Positions 40,271 through 51,789 of a DNA stretch of 64,000 nt are shown here, in pieces. Under the pieces are notes generated by a model. That model was given only the letters and a program-made list of their open reading frames with translations, searched no databases and was not told where the DNA came from. Numbering within the stretch: the first letter of the stretch is position 1; the number at the start of each line of letters is the position of its first letter. The translations under genes and the position numbers were made by a program. The DNA is from Lingula anatina (Eukaryota > Animalia > Brachiopoda), in NCBI GenBank assembly GCA_051362555.1, contig CM120647.1, positions 16,902,651-16,966,650 on the forward strand, written 5' to 3'.

Positions 40271-41688
40271 ACAAAATATGAACTTGCAGTCTCATACAGC
40301 ACACTTGTAAAACATGACATAAATAACTTTGACTGCTGACGTGGACTTTTGTCTTTTTTCTACTTTTTTTTATACATGTACATATGAGGTGTCGCGTGTC
40401 CACCGTGATTCTGTACGTGTCGCTTCGTTAGTTCTCTTTGAAAACCTTAAACTTGTTCCTTGTCGTGAAAAACACATTCAACGTTGCATCGTAAGTCAGC
40501 CATATTTTCCTTGCGACCTTGACCTTGACCCTGTTTCGTCAGCAAGATTGTTTCTGCAGGGCGCAACTAATGCAATCTACATTTAAACTTAACAAATAGA
40601 TCACAGAACTCTTGTGCTACATCGTATACTGATTGACATGAAATGATTGACCAGTCAATACTTGATTGACATGAAATGATTGACCAGTCAATACTTGGAA
40701 AGTTAAAATCACCCATAACGCATAAATCATTGAAGGTTCTCTCACAGTTTTTCAAAATAGTTCTGAATTGACTAATAAATCCACGAGTTGATACAGCGTC
40801 ATAAGCAGGAGGACGGTAACACACTACTATGCCATGTTTTGGTTACCGTGTCCCATTACCTCGACAACAACACATTCGAGACTGTCGAGTTCTAATGAAT
40901 GTCATTTTTCAAAGCCAATAAAACACCCCCTCCCCTATCGTCGTTTGGCCTGTCCCTACGAAACAAAACGTACCCATCAGGTAAGATTTCACCGTCAGTA
41001 ATTTGCAAAGTTAACCACGTTTCAGTCACCGCTACACAGTCAATATCATTACATATAACTATGCTTTGGAGATCAACCAACTTATTTTTAGAATTGTCAA
41101 CAGTTTTTACGCTACGTGCATTCAGCTGTAACATAGAGAGTTTGGAGAAAGATTTGCCGGTCACTTTATCTCATGCATGCCTGTGAGATTCAGCATGAGT
41201 AGTTGCGCCCATCTATTGCTTGTTTCCATGAAAGTTTTCGAGTGCGACATGATGATTTCTCCCCGCAGAGCAATTTCCTGCGTCAACTGACCCTTCCCTG
41301 TGAATACCTCCACGCCGTCCTGAATGAACAGAAGTCCAGCCAGCGTTGTGGTAACAATCATTAGCGTCTGATCTGAGGTTACTGGACCTATCATAATGGC
41401 GGGCATTCACAATGCGGTTACCAGCAAATATTACGTGATCCCGCGCACCAGGAATGCTATTAACAAGGGTCCGCATACTTGTTTCCATATCACGTACATG
41501 CTTAGGCTTGTCGTGATTTATTGAGATATTTGAATATACACGAGAATCCTTCAAACGGCTTTTTACTTGCATAACACATTTTTTGTCTTCGTTTGTGTGA
41601 AAACTGGCGATGACAACACCAGGTCTATCGTTGTACGTTGGTTTTCTTTCAGCTTTTGCTACCTGAACTTTGATCCAGAGTAAAGCAG

Positions 41689-42210
41689 TATATCAGACCA
41701 CACTACCCGTTTTCAAGGTGTGTGTCAGATCGCATTACAGAGTATCAGCCACCACACCGATTTTGCCTGGTGCGCTATGTGATAGCCATGATCCTAAGCG
41801 GGGTTGGAAAGTAGTGCATCTCATCTAGATTCATGCGCTGCTGCAATTTTCCCTGTTTATGCTAAAAATCTGACAATACCGCAATTTATAAACATAAAAT
41901 TTAGGTTCAAACATAGCCAATGATGTTTTGTAAATAAGAACTTGCAAACTTATATATTAATTTAGAAAAGTATACCTAATTTTGATAGCGGAAGCATATT
42001 CTGTCGGGGGTTAAATAAAATTATGCGATTTTTTCACCGACTACCGTCTGTCGCCATGTTGTTGTATTCATACGACTCCTACTTGACGAAAACGAGGCGT
42101 GATACCCGGATGACAGGTAGGCCTACAAAATTTGTGATGGGGTATGATACACAATGTACTCTGTAATGCGATCTGACACACCTTGAAAACGGGTATTGTG
42201 GTCTGATATA
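41689..42210. mobile_element. MITE with ~55-bp TIRs inserted in CR1 ORF1
   Basis: TATATCAGACCACACTACCCGTTTTCAAGGTGTG..TCAGATCGCATTACAGAGTA and its reverse complement at 42158-42210. Confidence 0.8.
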
Positions 42211-42800
42211 CCGGTTTATTCTGGATCCGTAGGTGCCGAGTCTGGTAGTTGGGTAGGCCTGTTATTGTATTTTTCATTATTTCCATAGTCTAAGCAAGGC
42301 GAGATGTTTTCAACCGGATCGGCTACAAAGTCTGTCAGCTTACGCCATTTCGTTATGGTAGTGTCCAGGGACACGGTTCTGACCCGCTACCATTTTTACT
42401 AGCATGGACCGCCTTATCCACCATATTGGATAATACATAACAGAGTCACAGTCACCTCAACCTGTTTATCTATAACAGGGTACCGAGAACTGTCAACTTT
42501 ATTAACTTCACTCCATCACATTTACAGCAACTTATTCATCCTAGTGTTAGCTGACCTTGCAAGGAATTCAGTTTATTGGAATATATTTATGAATAACAAG
42601 ACAATTCACTAGTTCACTAAATACACAATACAACTGTCACTTTTACTTTAAAACACTTTTTTTTTATTATTTTGATAAAGTTAGTTACAATATTGATAAA
42701 CAAAGTATCACGTTTTCAATAATTAATATTTTAAATTACAATCCATGTCTGCAAGTTTGTGTCAATGACCAAATACAACATTCAGTCAACGTCACATTAT

Positions 42801-43534
42801 GATCGCATTCACAACGAGTTGAGCCAGGCTTTACAAATCCTGGAACTAAATATGGCGGACGTACATGAAAGAAAAACCGCCTAATCTGTTAATAGTCTCT
42901 CCGTCTCTCACACGCCTCCCCACGCGTCGTCCCTGCGGGGGTACAGTCATTAAATCTCGGCTCCATTCGCCATGCGGAAGCTACCTGAGAAATATTAGGT
43001 GCGCACGCTCATCAATTAAACTCGAGGTGAAGAAAGCATGGCGGCTGGAGGCGATCGAAGGAAAAAAGCCATTATATTACAAAACAGAGACGAAAAAGGA
43101 ATGAATTGGCCCGTAGACCTGGCAGCTATCTACGGAGATAATGTCACCAGAGATAAGCACGGAGATACACTATTCAATTACTGTACGTGAAATTTTACTA
43201 TGGAGTAGGGCCTACCAACGCAAATGAATGGCTTTTCACATCCATCTTATGCTGTTGTGAAAACTTATCGTCGGTTAATTTATTTATCGGAAGGGGGGGG
43301 GGGTTTCACGATTTAGATCCCTATGAATTTGCGCACTTAGTATTTCTCAGGTAGCTTCCGCATGGCGAATGGAGCCGAGATTTAATGACTGTACCCCCGC
43401 AGGGACGACGCGTGGGGAGGCGTGTGAGAGGCTGAGAGACTACTACAAGATTAGGCGGTTTTTCTTTCATGTATGTCCGCCATATTTAGTTCCAGGATTT
43501 GTAAAGCCTGGCTCAACTCGTTGTGAATGCGATC
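42801..43534. mobile_element. Foldback-type element with ~200-bp inverted arms
   Basis: 42801-43005 is the near-exact reverse complement of 43330-43534, and TAT flanks both ends. Confidence 0.85.
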
Positions 43535-44771
43535 TATGACGGTGTTTTGACGTGGCTGGATCAACGGTAATTTTACGTTGAATTTAGGTAGATCATCGGC
43601 AATTCAACATATCAACCTGTTTTCAACGTTAATCTAACGCGACTATGCATGCTGGGTAGTCAGTTTATTAGTAGCGACACATCTGGCGACATATTCCTCC
43701 TTTCACAAATCTTATATGAAATCTTAGTTTTTCTTAAAGATCGCATTTTTACATACGCATACCCTTGAACGTAAACTATTTGATATAAGATATAAAGTCT
43801 GTAGGAATCGATGGGGATTGCTAGGAAAATTTATATTGAAATGTGATCATTAAGGATTTAACAGCTTCAGCAACAACAATTATCCTTCTGTGAAATTCAT
43901 ATTTATACTTTTTTTGAATCAGCTAATCATATAGTTTGCACATACCATTAATAAGAAATTGGTGTTCAAAATTTGAAACTATTGTTTTGAGTTCAATTAA
44001 TGCCTCATGGAAAGCCACCATCTTGGTTTTTCAAAGGCTGAATAGAAGTTCTTTTCAGAATTAGGTCAGCAGTTGTACACTGAATATTACATTTAGATAA
44101 TCAAGAAGTTACACAGGTTTACGAGAATAGAATAAGAATCCATAATACTTCCATTTAACTATCGTTACAACAATTGTAAAGCTGCTGTATTCTGTACTAG
44201 CATACGTTGCAGTTACATTCAAATTGAACATTCAACAAAAGAGCTCGAAGGAAATGGTACTTTGTGGTTCCTTATCAAATTTTGAAAAATCAAGACCATA
44301 GAAATATCCTAAATTTCTCAAATACTCCAATGCATTGTGATAAATGTAGGTAGCTCAGTTCCCTTTGGTAAAATAAAACAAAGGGATAGGAGAGTTATAG
44401 GAACCAAGAGCTTAGAGATCTTTACAGGTAAATGCCATGCAAAACATTTTGTCAAGTGTCAGCTATTAATTGAAATCTCCCGCAACAGGTGTATACATCT
44501 CAACAACGCAGTGCCTACCTAGGGTGATTTTGTATGCTTAATATTGATTATGAAAAAAAAAAAAAAAAAAAACAGCAGAAGGAGAGACACATTGCATAAT
44601 AGCTAACGGAATGATTACTTTAGTGTTAAGTCAACATAATGAACCCTTGCAGTAGAACCCTTGAACAATGTATTTAAGTCTAATTAGCTGCACAATTTTT
44701 GCAAACCAAATATCACTCTATGAGTACTTTGCATTGCCACATTTCATTAGCTGGTTGATTTATATTTTCAG

Positions 44772-47700
44772 GTTCCATTCTGGAAAACTGTTCTTTACCA
44801 CAGCTACCAAAGTGTTTTGTTGGGCGTAAAAATGATGTCCAAAAGATAATCAACACATTATTCACTGAAGGACGTCGTCTCGCAGTAATAAAAGCCTTTG
44901 GCGGGCAAGGTAAGACCACTTTGGCAACCGCAATAGGCCACACCTGTGTGTCAAAATGGGGAATACGTTCGGTCATGGCTGACATGAAGGGGGTGTCACT
45001 CGACGACGACATTCCTTTGTCCCTTCTTTTTGCTATGAAATGTTCACCAGGATTAAACAGTGGACAAACCAACGCTGCTCGTCTCATAAGAAAGGCTTGC
45101 CAAGAAGTATCTTCATATGGCAAAAAGCAGCTCATTGTTCTAGACAATTGTGAGAGTGCTCTGAAGGAAAGTACACACAACCACTTCTATTCCTTACTAA
45201 AACAATTGCTTTCCAGTAACAATGTCTATATTTTATGTACAACTCGGCAAACTATACAGATTCCAAACGAGGAGGTGCTTAATCACGAACTTGGGGCTCT
45301 GACAGAGGATAGCTCTTTTGTTGTGTTGCAGTCCTACTCACAAAGAGTGAGCCGTGAAAACAGCAATCACTTGGCTGAAAAATGTGGCTTCGTTGCTCTG
45401 CTGCTTCATATCCTTGGCAAGTTACTGCAGCAAGGTCACAGAGCAATAGACATAATAACCGAACTAACTTCAAAAACAGTATTTGGATTGAATCTTTCAC
45501 CATCAATGCCCAAAGGTCTCAATGCCACAGCTTGCATTAACCTATCTTATGAACGGTTGGGCCAGGAAATGCAAGATGCAGTCCAAATGCTTTCTCTTTT
45601 TCCAACAAGTTTTAATGCAGAGGATGCATTTTATCTCTTAAGTAAGCACCAAAGCAGTCTGAGTATGTTTGATTGCAGCACTTGTCTACAAACACTTTGT
45701 GAAGCTTCGTTTGTGCAGTATGATGCAGCAAGTGAGTCGTATTCCATGCATGGTGTTATACAGGCATTTGCACATAATCAGACTTCATACAAAAATGAGA
45801 ATCGTTTCAAAGAGATGTTCATGACATTAATGGAGGATAAGATTGATCACATATACACTCTGGCTTCAGCAGAAAAAGTTTGCGAGGCATCCACGCTCTT
45901 TGAAAAAGACAAAAATAGTCTTTTGGCGTCTATCTGTATTTTTGAGTCAATGCAACCAGGCTCAAAGAAAACGACCTACAGCATAGCGCAAAAATTGGCT
46001 TTTAGTCTTAGACAAATAGGCAGGTTCTCCGATTCTCTCAGATGCTTCAGGCTAGCATTAGAAACCGTAAAAGAACAACAAAATGAATATCCCGATCTAG
46101 CCACTTTCTATTATAACATAGGTTATCTACAAGGTGAACTTGGTGATACAGATGCTGCTGTTGAAAATTTGTCCTATGCAATATTGGAGTATGAGAAACA
46201 AGAGAATAACTGTAATTACAAGGATTATTGTAAATGCTGTTATTACCTAACATTGAGGCTAAATGAAACAAAAGAAAACCATGCTCGCTGTCTCCAAATA
46301 CTGAAAAAATGTTTTGATAAAGCCGTTGCTCATCACGATTTAACTATGCAATATCTTGCAATGGCCGGAATAGCAGAAATCAAAGCCAGACAAGGAGACG
46401 ATGAGAAGGCCGTTATGGCCGATTTGCATGATATACTGAAGGCAGATCCAGACATGGATGGTAAGAAAAACGGAGTGGGTATGGATGCTTTGAATGATGC
46501 GGCCATTGCTTTGAATCATATTGGCCAAAAGGTGGAAGCTTTGTCATTATATAGACGGGCAGTTTTTGTAGCAGAAAACTTCTACGGAAAACACCCTACA
46601 ACTGCTATTGTCCTCGATAAGATAGGTTCTTTCATGGTGGAGACCGGTGATGTAGATGGTGCCATAAAATATCTCAGGAAAGCGGTGGCAATGAGAGAAA
46701 ATACACTGGGATTTTACCATGAACATACAGCAGCCTCAATGCATCGATTAGCTGATGCCATATCTGCACAGGGAAACCACTCTGAGGCCCTTAGTATATT
46801 CCAGAGAGCTTTAAGTATAAAGGAGCAAGTGCTGGGTGAGTCCCGAAGTACAGCCAAAACACTAATACGCACAGGTAATGAGATGATCGAGCTTGGCAAC
46901 GCAGAGAATGCTGTGAATGCCTTAAAGAAAGCTGTAGTTATGATAAAAAATACACCGGGAGAATACTGCAAAGAGACACCTGCCCTGCTGTATGATCTAG
47001 CACAACAGACAGCAGCAGAGGGACACCACGCAGAGGCCTTCAGTGCATACCAACTAGCTCTACATATACTGGAGAAAGATGCAGGTGAAACTCTAGTCAA
47101 AGCTGCTGCACTAAACCGCATAGGTCAAGAAATTATGTTGCTGGGTAAAGCAGACAATGCGGAGAATGTTTTCAGAAGAGCTCTAGTCATAGAAGAGAAA
47201 ACATTGGGAGAATCCCACACAAAGACAGCAAAAACCATATATGAGCTAGCCAATGCCCTTTTTGAACAGGGAAAGTTCACCGACGCCCTCATTACATTCC
47301 AAAGAGCTCTAAGTGTATTTAACAACCATTCATTCAACGCAGTAACATTAGGCAAAATAGGTGGCATAATGTTAAAGCTGGGAAAAGTAAACGCTGCTGT
47401 GGATACCTTCAACAGAGCCCTTACTTTACGGAAGAATATGCACGCAGAAAATGACGAACAAACAGCAGCCACGTTACATGAGCTGGCATGTGCTTTATCT
47501 GCAAAGGGACACCACACAGAGGCCCTCAATACATTCCAAAGGGCTCTACAGATAAGAAAAGAACTGCTGGGTGAAAGTCGTGATACAGCGTCTACACTAC
47601 ACTGCATAGGCAAAGAATTGATGGCGCTGAGAGATGTCAACGGTGCTGAAGCTGTGTTTAGAAGAGCCCTGCCTATGAGAGAGAAGATACTTGGGGAATA

Positions 47701-50700
47701 TCATGAACAGACGGCAGCCACATTACATCAACTTGCATTGTGCATTTCTGCACAGGGAAACCATACCGAGGCCCTGAGTACATACCGAAGGGCTCTCCGT
47801 GTATTTGAGCAAAAGTTAGGTGAAAGTAAAAATACAGCATGTGCGCTTCATGGCATCGGGCATGAAATGATAGAGTTGGGTGATGCAGCTGGTGCTGTGG
47901 ATGTCCTCATTAGGGCTTTGGCTATGGAAAGCAAGATATTGGGAGAAGATCACGAACAGACAGTTACCACAATACGTGAACTGGTTCGTGCTATTTCTAC
48001 ACTGGGAAACCAAGGAGATACCCACAGCCCAGCCCAAAGGATAAAGGAGAATGAACTAGGTAACAGCGAAAAAACGGCAACGAGACTTCACAACATAGGT
48101 TATGGATTGAAACAGATGGGCAATTTAGACGGTGCCGTGGGTGTCCTTAGGGCAGCTCTTACTATGAAGGAGAAGATATTTGGAGAGTATCACGAAAACA
48201 CAGCAGTCACAGTACATATGCTCGCTACTGCTCTATCTGCGCAGGGAAACCATGAACAAGCCCTCAGTACATACCAAAGAGCTCTACGTATAAGGGAGAT
48301 AGAGCTGGGAGAAAGTCAAAAAACAGCATGCACAATGCACGGTATAGGCCAAGAAGAGATGTATCTGGGTAATTTAGAAGAAGCACTAGCTAAACTCAGG
48401 ACAGCCCTCTCCATGAAGGAAAAGGTGCAGGGAGAATTCCATGAAGATACAGCAACAACAATGCATGAGCTGGCACGTGCCATGTCAGCACAGGGAAACC
48501 ATGCAGAGGCCCTCGGCACATTTCAAAGGGCTCTGGGAATACGGGAACTTTTACTTGGCGCGAGTCAAAGCACGGCGGATACATTGTACTGCATAGGCTG
48601 TGAAATTATAGCGCTAAGAGATGTAGGCGGTGCTGAAGATATCCTCAGAAGGGCCCTGGATATGAAGGAGAAGATACTTGGGGAATATCATGAACAGACG
48701 GCAGCCACATTACATCAACTTGCATTGTGCATATCTGCACAGGGAAACCATACCGAGGCCCTGAGTACATACCGAAGGGCTCACCGTGTATTTGAGCAAA
48801 AGTTAGGTGAAAGTCAAAATACAGCATGTGCGCTTCACGGCATCGGGTATGAAATGATAGAGTTGGGTGATGCAGCTGGTGCTGTGGATGTCCTTATTAG
48901 GGCTTTGGCTATGGAAAACAAGATATTGGGAGAAGATCACGAACAGACAGTTACCACAATACGTGAACTGGTTCGTGCTATTTCTACACTGGGAAACCAA
49001 GGAGATACCCACAGCCCAGCCCAAAGGATAAAGGAGAATGAACTAGGTAACAGCGAAAAAACGGCAACGATACTTCACAACATAGGTTATGGATTGAAAC
49101 AGATGGGCAATTTAGATGGTGCCGTGGGTGTCCTTAGGGCAGCTCTTACTATGAAGGAGAAGATATTTGGAGAGTATCACGAAAATACAGCGGTCACAGT
49201 ACATATGCTCGCTACTGCTCTATCTGCGCAGGGAAACCACCCAGAGGCCCTCAGTACATACCAAAGAGCTCTACGTATAAGGGAGATAGAGCTGGGAGAA
49301 AGTCAAAGAACAGCATCTACACTACACGGTATAGGGCAGGAAAAAATGTATCTTGGTAACTTAGACGTTGCAGTAGCTGAACTCAAGAGAGCTTTATCAA
49401 TGAAGGAAAGGGTACAGGGAGAATGTCATGAAGATACAGCAACAACAATACATGAGTTGGCACGTGCCATGTCAGCACAGGGACACCACAAAGAGGCCCT
49501 TAGAACATATCAAAGGGCTCTAGAAATAAGGAAGCATGTGCTTGGTGAGAGTGAAAGCACGGCGTGTACCCTACACTGCATAGGCCAGGAATTGATAGCA
49601 ATGATAGATGTAGACGGTGCTAAAGGCATGTTTAGAAGAGCACTGCTTATGAGAGAGAGGATGCTTGGGGAATATCATGAACAGACGGCAGCCACATTAC
49701 ATCAACTTGCATTGTGCATATCTGCACAGGGAAACCATACCGAGGCCCTGAGTACATACCGAAGGGCTCACCGTGTATTTGAGCAAAAGTTAGGTGAAAG
49801 TCAAAATACAGCATGTGCGCTTCATGGCATCGGGCATGAAATGATAGAGTTGGGTGATGCAGCTGGTGCTGTGGATGCCCTCATTAGGGCTTTGGCTATG
49901 GAAAACAAGATATTGGGAGAAGATCACGAACAGACAGTTACCACAATACGTGAACTGGTTCGTGCTATTTCTACACTGGGAAACCAAGGAGATACCCACA
50001 GCCCAGCCCAAAGGATAAAGGAGAATGAACTAGGTAACAGCGAAAAAACGGCAACGAGACTACACAACATAGGTTATGGATTGAAACAGATGGGCAATTT
50101 AGACGGTGCCGTGGGTGTCCTTAGGGCAGCTCTTACTATGAAGGAGAAGATATTTGGAGAGTATCACGGAAATACAGCAGTCACAGTACATATGCTCGCT
50201 ACTGCTCTATCTGCGCAGGGAAATCACCCAGAGGCCCTCAGTACATACCAAAGAGCTCTACGTATAAGGGAAAAAGAGCTGGGAAAAAGTCAAAAAACCG
50301 CATCCACACTACACGGTATAGGTCAGGAAAAGATGTATCTTGGTGATTTAGACGGCGCAGTGGCAGACCTCAAGAGAGCTCTGGCTATGAAAGAAAGGGT
50401 ACAGGGAGAATGTCATGAAGATACAGCAACAACGATACATGAGTTGGCACGTGCCATGTCAGCACAGGGACACAACAAAGAGGCCCTTAGAACATTCCAA
50501 AGGGCTCTAGAAATAAGGGAACGAGTGCTTGGCGAAAGTCAACTTACAGCGTCTACTCTTTACTCCATAGGTCACGAATTGGTGGTGCTAAGCAATGTAA
50601 ACAGTGCTGAAGGTGCTCTCAGAAGAGCCCTGGCTATGCAGGAGAAAATACTCGGAGAACATCATAAAGACACAGCAGAAACGTTACATGAACTGGCATT

Positions 50701-51144
50701 TTGCAAGTCTGCACAGGGGAACCATAGGGAGGCCCTCAGCAAATACCAGAGAGCTTTTCGTATAATGGAACAAGTGCTGGGGGAAAGCCAAAGTACCGCA
50801 TCTGCACTTCACGGCATAGGCCATGAAAAGATAGAGATAGGCGAAGCAACCGATGCTGTGAATGTACTCGAGAAAGCTCTGGCTATGAGGGAAAAGATAC
50901 TGGGAAAATCCAATTATCAAACAGTTGCCACAAAATTTGAGTTGCTACGTGCTTCATTTATACAGGGAAGCCACGCACATTTACCACGTAAACCCCAAAG
51001 TGCTCGACGGATAAAGGAACACTACCTGGGTCGTGGCACAACTACGACATATGAACTTCCCAATGAACATTCAATGGAAGAAGATGGCACTGTAGACGAT
51101 GCAGTGGATGGCCTGAAAACAGCTTTGAATGAGAAATTATATTA
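44772..51144 (+). CDS. NB-ARC-like STAND NTPase + long TPR array; coding exon 2
   Basis: Acceptor TTTTCAG at 44771 (phase 1). Motifs LPQLPKCFVGR, Walker A AFGGQGKTT, Walker B LIVLDNCE, sensor-1 ILCTTR, CINLSY and YSMHGVIQ, followed by roughly 35 TPRs of 41-42 aa. Donor TA|GTAAGT at 51145. Confidence 0.93.
47690..50650 (+). repeat. Coding higher-order tandem repeat, 3 x 987 nt (329 aa, about 8 TPRs each)
   Basis: CTTGGGGAATATCATGAACAGACGGCAGCC at 47690, 48677 and 49664, and a diverged equivalent at 50651. Confidence 0.95.
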
Positions 51145-51352
51145 GTAAGTATGCAATTCAGAAAAGGTTATTAAAAATATTTTCCAACTTTGATGTAAGT
51201 TCCAAAGTTATGATAAAAGTAAGACATTAAAGTGTATCTTAAGTTTCACAGTCCCAATGTCTGATTTGCATGTTAATTGTATAGATGAAAATTAATATGA
51301 GGTGCATAACATAATTAAATACACATTATCATACATATCTACTCTGTTTCAG

Positions 51353-51418
51353 TACACGAGAGACGCAAGACGAATCTAAAATCCATGTAACCAAAGAACT
51401 TGTAAACGAAATGAAGAG
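51353..51418 (+). CDS. 66-nt linker exon; coding exon 3
   Basis: Acceptor CTCTGTTTCAG, open frame (Y)TRETQDESKIHVTKELVNEMK(S) and donor AG|GTACTT. Phases 2/2 match both neighbours. Confidence 0.72.
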
Positions 51419-51789
51419 GTACTTAAATTTTTACTCAGTTTGTTTAAATGGTTAGAATCAAAGATGTTTACATTATCAATAATAAAATATTCGCAAACAT
51501 TGCCACAGAAAATGAACAATAATTTATCTTGTTTTTCATTAAATAAGGTACAAATGGCGCAATTTGGGCCAGTAATTATTTGTTTTTATGACGGGTGCAC
51601 TTTAGAGCTCCCGTCGTTAATCAACGTAAATACTGACCTAAAAAATCAGATAATCATAGAAGGTGACAATATTTACTTAACGTTATTTCTTTAGACGTTC
51701 TTTGTGATTTTTTCAACCATTTTGAACTTAATAGCATTTATTTCTAAATGAAAAATTAACGAACTTAAAGTCAAAATTGTCAATTTTAG

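Larger units (their letters stand above)
38357..40594 (-). mobile_element. Probable solo LTR inserted in the CR1 endonuclease, itself carrying an L2 and a MITE
   Basis: TG...CA termini, 5-bp TSD AATAG (38352-38356 and 40595-40599) and a minus-strand AATAAA at ~38405. Removing it restores FCDLLFDFTLTQ. Confidence 0.7.
35690..42700 (-). mobile_element. Near full-length degenerate CR1-like LINE (ORF1 relics, APE endonuclease, RT) with nested insertions
   Basis: Motifs NARS, AVTETWL, GGGVLL, YRPP, MGDFN, SDH, GPDGI, YLDFSKAFDVV, GVPQGSILAP, LFADD and WNALP, with ORF1-like pieces at 41200-42420. Confidence 0.9.

Noticed and set aside
44906-44915. Donor-like CAAG|GTAAGA inside Walker A
   Set aside because: The Gln-Gly-Lys-Thr codons fully explain it, and there is no evidence of use.
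44921-44923. ORF-track start (TTG) of the 2074-aa protein
   Set aside because: It lies just after Walker A. The frame is open back to the acceptor at 44771, so this is an internal exon.
45279-50920. Antisense ORFs within the TPR exon, including three near-identical 73-aa ORFs
   Set aside because: They are shadows of the sense coding repeat, and their 987-nt spacing merely reflects it.
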